19,943 bases of DNA from Elusimicrobiota bacterium (GTDB lineage Bacteria > Elusimicrobiota > Elusimicrobia > Elusimicrobiales > UBA9959), in the NCBI GenBank assembly GCA_037137395.1, contig JBAXKK010000046.1, forward strand, positions 1-19,943, written 5' to 3'. The position numbers and the translations under genes are program-made. The notes under the pieces are model-generated. The model worked only from the letters and a program-made list of their open reading frames with translations, was not told the origin of the DNA and ran no database searches. How positions within the stretch are numbered: the first letter of the stretch is position 1; each line of letters opens with the position of its first letter. Positions 15,268 through 19,943 of this stretch are shown here, one piece after another.

Positions 15268-15411
15268 CCCACATTCGGGAGGCATACACCTTCTCGGATA
15301 CATCGCGCATAGCGCTTGATCCTCGACCCGCTGCTGCGTGGAAACCTGCAGAATAATTCTGGTCTCTGATTTTACCAATGAGATACACCTTGAACTGCAG
15401 GATTCAGGTTA

Positions 15412-16887
15412 CTATTTCAGTTTCAAATCCACTGGCATAGTGCCGCCGGCGGCCGCGGCTCCGGTCAGGATTGCGGCCGCGCTCCGCTGAAGATCTCCGA
15501 GACCTCCGAAGGCGCAAAGACCCGCGGACAGACGCCGGTGAAACCCGTCAAAAACAAACGGACTGCCGAAAGCAACCATCAGTATCTCGCCGCCTCCCGA
15601 CACTACCATTTCTATTTCAGCCGCCGCGGCACCGCTCAAATTAATAGCTCCGCTGAAAGCCCTGGGTCTGGAGAAAGAGCCGATTATCGTTTTCCCTTTG
15701 ACGCCGTCTTTAAAAGGCTCGACCCGGACGCCCAGCCTCAGAAGCTCTTCAACGAAAGCCCCCCCATGCCATTCTTTCTGCGGCGTGAGCGGTTCCATGT
15801 AGAAGACGGTTTCCCCCGCCTTGACGGTAAAAGGTTTGTTTTGAAAAGCCCAGGCCAGGCACTTAGCTGAAATTTCGCGCACGAAAGCCCTGTGCCCCGC
15901 GCAGCCGACAAGAGAAAGACCCTCCGGCTTCAAAGGGACCAATGAAAGCATTTTGGCCAGCCGGTCCTGGCGGGACAAGGCGCAGTCCACCATCTGCCCG
16001 GTTATTACGCCTTCGCCTGCGGCCCGGATCAGAATCTCGTAAAGCTGCATTGCGTCCTCAGGCGCCAGCAGGATGTCCGCGCCCGCCAGCAAGGCCTTCA
16101 GCCCCGCGGCACCGCCGTCGGAAACGGCTTTCATATTGAGGGCGTCTGTGATAACGCAGCCGTCGTATCGCAGAGAACCGCGCAGCAGACCGGTAATAAT
16201 ATTGCCGGAAAGCGAAGCCGGTAAATCCGGGTCCAGCGCCGGGATTTTCAAATGCCCCACCATCACCGAATCGGATTGAGCGAGGAGCGCGCGGTAAGGC
16301 CTAAGCTCGGATCCTTCCAGGTCTTCCAGCGTCCGCTCCAGCACCGGCAGGACCAGGTGGGAGTCCACGGAGGTTTCGCCATGGCCGGGGAAATGCTTTA
16401 AGGTCGAAATTGTATTACGGGAGTGAAGCCCGGAAATGTAAGCGGATGCGAGCGCGGATGCGAGCGCGGGGTCGGCCCCATAGGAGCGCAAGTTGACTAT
16501 GGGGTTGGCGGGATTGACAGCCAGGTCTGTCACCGGGGCGAAGATCCAGTCCACTCCAAGAGCTTTTGCCTCGACCGCGGTAATCTCACCCTTGCGGCGT
16601 GCGATGTCAGGCGAGCCGGACGCGCCGACTGCCATATTGGACGGCAACTCCGTGGCGCCGGAGAGCATCTGACCCGCGCCGTTCTCGTAATCGGAAGAAA
16701 TGAGGAGCGGCGTACGCGAAGCGGCCCTGAGAATCCCTACGGTCTCAAAGACCTCATCCACTGAACCGCCATAAATGCAAAATCCGCCAACACCAAGATT
16801 CACCAGCTTGAGCGCCTGCTCCAGTTTGGTTGAACCGAACCGGAATTCGGGATGTATCAGCCGCGCAATTTTTTTAACATCAATCAT
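15412..16887 (-). CDS. nagZ: Glycoside hydrolase family 3 beta-N-acetylhexosaminidase
   Basis: LISSDYENG, FAPVTDL, TLKHFPGHGETSVDSH (NagZ signature), MVGHL, PASLS, VITDALNM. No signal peptide. Confidence 0.88.
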   Translation of the reverse strand: MIDVKKIARLIHPEFRFGSTKLEQALKLVNLGVGGFCIYGGSVDEVFETVGILRAASRTPLLISSDYENGAGQMLSGATELPSNMAVGASGSPDIARRKGEITAVEAKALGVDWIFAPVTDLAVNPANPIVNLRSYGADPALASALASAYISGLHSRNTISTLKHFPGHGETSVDSHLVLPVLERTLEDLEGSELRPYRALLAQSDSVMVGHLKIPALDPDLPASLSGNIITGLLRGSLRYDGCVITDALNMKAVSDGGAAGLKALLAGADILLAPEDAMQLYEILIRAAGEGVITGQMVDCALSRQDRLAKMLSLVPLKPEGLSLVGCAGHRAFVREISAKCLAWAFQNKPFTVKAGETVFYMEPLTPQKEWHGGAFVEELLRLGVRVEPFKDGVKGKTIIGSFSRPRAFSGAINLSGAAAAEIEMVVSGGGEILMVAFGSPFVFDGFHRRLSAGLCAFGGLGDLQRSAAAILTGAAAAGGTMPVDLKLK

Positions 16888-17318
16888 AAATTCTTCATCT
16901 TTTTATGGCTTTTTTCCAGTTTTTTTATCCGCTTCCACTCAACCAGAACCTGCGCGGGGGTCTTTAGTTTATGCCCGCCGAAAACATGCGGATGGCGCCT
17001 GACCAATTTAGCGTTTATCGTCTCTATCACGTCGTCAATGGAAAACCGCCCAGCCTTCCTGGCAAGCGCGCTGTGAAAAACAACCTGAAGAAGAACATCG
17101 CCGAGTTCTTCTTTAAGGTTTTCCCAGTCTTTTTTTCTTACGGCTAATGCCACTTCTCCAGCCTCTTCCCTCAGATATTTCAAAAGCGTATTATGAGTCT
17201 GTTTGCGGTCCCAGGGACAGCCGTTCCCACCCAAAAGAAGTTCCATAATCTTCACAAGATCGGCAAACCGGCGGCTTTTTTTAAGCCTGGAAGTTTCACG
17301 GAGTTTATCTGGCATCAC
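16884..17318 (-). CDS. mazG: MazG nucleotide pyrophosphohydrolase (single domain)
   Basis: GCPWDRKQTH, LREEAGE, LKEELGDVLLQVVFH, KLVRRHPHVFG. ATGA overlap with nagZ. Confidence 0.93.
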   Translation of the reverse strand: MMPDKLRETSRLKKSRRFADLVKIMELLLGGNGCPWDRKQTHNTLLKYLREEAGEVALAVRKKDWENLKEELGDVLLQVVFHSALARKAGRFSIDDVIETINAKLVRRHPHVFGGHKLKTPAQVLVEWKRIKKLEKSHKKMKNL

Positions 17319-17347
17319 TCATCCTTGCAGAGTTGTATTTGTAATGA

Positions 17348-17376
17348 TAGACTTCAAAGAGTTTAAAGTATATAAT
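17348..17376 (+). promoter_or_regulatory. Sigma70-type promoter for the thyX operon
   Basis: TAGACT (17348-17353), 17 bp, TATAAT (17371-17376). Confidence 0.65.
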
Positions 17377-17421
17377 TTTAAAGTACCTCAACCAAATTTT
17401 TTATATTCGAGTGGAGGAGTC

Positions 17422-18120
17422 ATGGCCGTTGCGGCGGAAAAACAGACCGGGGATGTATATAATGTTCTGGACAAGGGCTTCGTCAGGCTCGTGGATTTTA
17501 TGGGCGGCGACCAGCGGGCGGTGGAATCCGCCAGGGTCACCTTCGGCTCCGAGTCAAAGGGCGAGGAAAAAGATAAAAAACTTGTTGAATATCTGCTGGC
17601 CCACGCCCACCATTCCCCCTTCGAACACAGCGTTTTCCAGTTTCATATCAAGCTCCCTATTTTCGTGGCCAGGCAGTGGATGAGGCACCGCATGGCCTCT
17701 TATAACGAGGTAAGCGCCCGCTATACCGAGGTCCGGGAAGAATTTTATATACCTGCCGAATTCCGCGTTCAGGACAAGATAAACCGACAGGGCTCGGTGA
17801 AGTCCGGAGCATTAGACAACCGGCAGTTGCTGGAGATCTATAAAAAATCCCTTGACGCATCCTACGCGGCTTATCGCAGCCTCTTGGAGAACGGCGTGGC
17901 GCGCGAGATGGCACGCATGGCGCTCCCCGTGGCCCAATACACCCAATTTCACTGGACCGTTAATGCGCGCAGCCTGATGAATTTTCTCTCTCTGAGGATG
18001 GACGCGCACGCGCAAATGGAAATACAGGAGTACGCAAACGCCATAGCTAAAATATTCAAAGCCAGGATGCCATGGACCTGGGAAGCCTTTATAAAAACCA
18101 ATGCTAAACAAACATCATAA
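17422..18120 (+). CDS. thyX: FAD-dependent thymidylate synthase
   Basis: RBS GGAGGAG before ATG 17422; HHSPFEH, ARQWMRHRMASYNEVSARY (RHRx7S), AREMAR, NARSLMNFLSLR...HAQMEI. Confidence 0.98.
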   Translation: MAVAAEKQTGDVYNVLDKGFVRLVDFMGGDQRAVESARVTFGSESKGEEKDKKLVEYLLAHAHHSPFEHSVFQFHIKLPIFVARQWMRHRMASYNEVSARYTEVREEFYIPAEFRVQDKINRQGSVKSGALDNRQLLEIYKKSLDASYAAYRSLLENGVAREMARMALPVAQYTQFHWTVNARSLMNFLSLRMDAHAQMEIQEYANAIAKIFKARMPWTWEAFIKTNAKQTS

Positions 18121-19003
18121 AACTGTGACGCTTATCGCCGCGCTATTCATGGCGGTTCCGCTCTCCCGGGCGGCCGAACCCGCCCCGCCCGTGACGGTGG
18201 GCCAAACAGAACAGGTTATTAAAAAGGACGACTTGGAAGTTTACACCAAGGTGACGGGGCTGTCCACCGCCCAGGACACCTATGATATCTACTCGCCTTT
18301 CGACGGCCGCGTAGAAGAGGTCATGGTGGAACTACTGAGCCTGGTAAGCGTGGACACCGTGCTTGCCCGCGTGGTCTCCACAGAGATGGCGGCCCTTCTG
18401 GATTCCTCCGGAGAGGACTCCAAGGAACAGACAAAAAAACGCTGGCAGGGAATCTACGATTATCACCCTATAAAGCCTGAATTCCAGGGCATAGTGACCA
18501 ATATTTATGTGGAGCCTAAGACCAAAATAAATAGAGGCGATAGATTGTTCACCGTGGCTAAAAAAGTGGCCATCGTAGGCAAAAATACGGAAAAACTTTA
18601 TTCAAAACTAGCCCCCGGTATGACCGCCGAACTGGTATATGGAAAGGATAGCGATATAAAACTTAAAGCGACGCTGGTAAACTTTATGCGCCTGAAGGAA
18701 AGCCCCTACTTCAACCGTCTCTGGCTGGAGGTAACCGCTCTCCGAAGCGGCATCAGAATCGGAGAGCAGTTCGACGGATACCTGTTAGTCGGGAAAAGCG
18801 AAAACACGCTTTTGGTGCCAAGGACGGCGCTGATGGAAAAATCCGGCAGAAAGTACCTCATCATGGAAGTGGAGACGGGTCTCTCCACAGAGTCCCAGAT
18901 CGAAGTTCTAAAGCCCGGCATGCGTTTTATAAGTTTTCAACATCCCAAAGCCGAAAAAGCCGCGGAGAAAAAAACAGATGGACCGATCAAAAAAAGTAAA
19001 TAA
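18101..19003 (+). CDS. Secreted periplasmic adaptor (HlyD/RND membrane fusion)-like protein
   Basis: Signal peptide; lipoyl-like halves IYSPFDGRVEEV and IKPEFQGIVTNI..GDRLFTV; C-terminal LLVPRTAL...VETGLST..QIEVL. Confidence 0.7.
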   Translation: MLNKHHKTVTLIAALFMAVPLSRAAEPAPPVTVGQTEQVIKKDDLEVYTKVTGLSTAQDTYDIYSPFDGRVEEVMVELLSLVSVDTVLARVVSTEMAALLDSSGEDSKEQTKKRWQGIYDYHPIKPEFQGIVTNIYVEPKTKINRGDRLFTVAKKVAIVGKNTEKLYSKLAPGMTAELVYGKDSDIKLKATLVNFMRLKESPYFNRLWLEVTALRSGIRIGEQFDGYLLVGKSENTLLVPRTALMEKSGRKYLIMEVETGLSTESQIEVLKPGMRFISFQHPKAEKAAEKKTDGPIKKSK

Positions 19004-19676
19004 TATTTTTTCCAGCTTCCTATTCCTGCGGCTGGACCCGGAGTTTAGGCGTCTCATTTCCAATGAAAAGATCGCGGCCAAGCAGGAATTTGAGAACATG
19101 GTGGGCGCCTGCCAGGAAAAAGTTTTCCTTCGGACCTACATGACCACCGGCCTCCGGGCGGACGCCGACATCCTCTTCTGGCGTATTTCCGACAACCTGG
19201 AATATCTGCAGGATATCTGCGCCAAGACTTTCTCGGTGGGCGTAGGCCGGTATTTCCACGCCACCCACTCCTACCTGGGCGTCTATCACCCTGACGAGGC
19301 AGCCGCGCTGAAAAGGGAACTTGAGTTCGGCTTCCTGCCCAAGGACACTTTTGGCCGCCACAAATTCATGCTCCTCCACCCGGTGGTAAAATCGCACCTG
19401 TGGTACGAACTATCCGAGGATGAGCGGCAGAAACTGCTGGCCGGACGGTCGGCGGTCATAACCAAGTACAAAGAAATACAGGAAAATTTCTTCCAGTCCT
19501 ACGGGCTTGATGAGCAGGAAATGATAGTCACCCGGGAAGCCCGACATCTGGACGAGTTGGTTTCGGCCACCCGGGAGCTCCGGGAACAGCGTATCAAAAA
19601 TTACACGGCGGTGGATAAACCCGTGTTCCTGTGCATAGGCCGGGACCTCAGGGAAATCCTGGACGCGCTTAGTTGA
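18978..19676 (+). CDS. Chlorite dismutase / coproheme decarboxylase family protein, divergent
   Basis: YMTTGLRADADILFW, HPVVKSHLWYELSEDERQKLL, SYGLDEQE, LVSATRELRE, PVFLCI. Confidence 0.8.
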   Translation: MDRSKKVNNIFSSFLFLRLDPEFRRLISNEKIAAKQEFENMVGACQEKVFLRTYMTTGLRADADILFWRISDNLEYLQDICAKTFSVGVGRYFHATHSYLGVYHPDEAAALKRELEFGFLPKDTFGRHKFMLLHPVVKSHLWYELSEDERQKLLAGRSAVITKYKEIQENFFQSYGLDEQEMIVTREARHLDELVSATRELREQRIKNYTAVDKPVFLCIGRDLREILDALS

Positions 19677-19773
19677 GCGTAAAGCTGAAGCGGAGCCTGA
19701 GTAGAGCAATTTTGTTTTTTCAGCCCGCGTCTTTACGCTTTCTGTTTTACGTTTTACGATAAATGGAGAACTT

Positions 19774-19943
<170 letters not shown>

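Noticed and set aside
17203..17421. N-terminal extension of thyX
   Set aside because: It overlaps mazG on the other strand and the promoter. The RBS supports ATG 17422.

Overview
Bacterial genomic window in two parts; no taxonomic marker is present. Positions 1-7.5 kb are an AT-rich accessory mosaic built around an HUH (Y1) REP-associated tyrosine transposase (RAYT). It holds one intact RAYT element bounded by 23-bp terminal inverted repeats (TIRs, TAGGGGACGYTGTTGAAATATTG; 5507-6564), two broken copies, and two ~195-bp miniature elements with the same TIR core. Between these elements lie co-oriented cassettes. Three consist of one complete secreted-protein gene followed by only the 5' stub of a secreted gene (two M23 peptidase, one possibly NlpC/P60), cut at a TIR. 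This looks like a RAYT-assembled stockpile of putative orphan immunity or partner genes (hypothesis). A second, GC-rich structured repeat family (core GGTATACYGCATCTTA) brackets an inverted coding fragment at 1775-2520. Positions 7.6-19.9 kb are GC-richer core-like genes: aminotransferase-pduS-pduT-tpiA-pduL (a microcompartment satellite locus), a secreted DPBB-like protein, YtxH, mazG-nagZ-sodium:solute symporter, and thyX, an adaptor-like protein, a chlorite-dismutase-like protein and the start of glgC. All calls come from reading motifs by eye; no database search was run.
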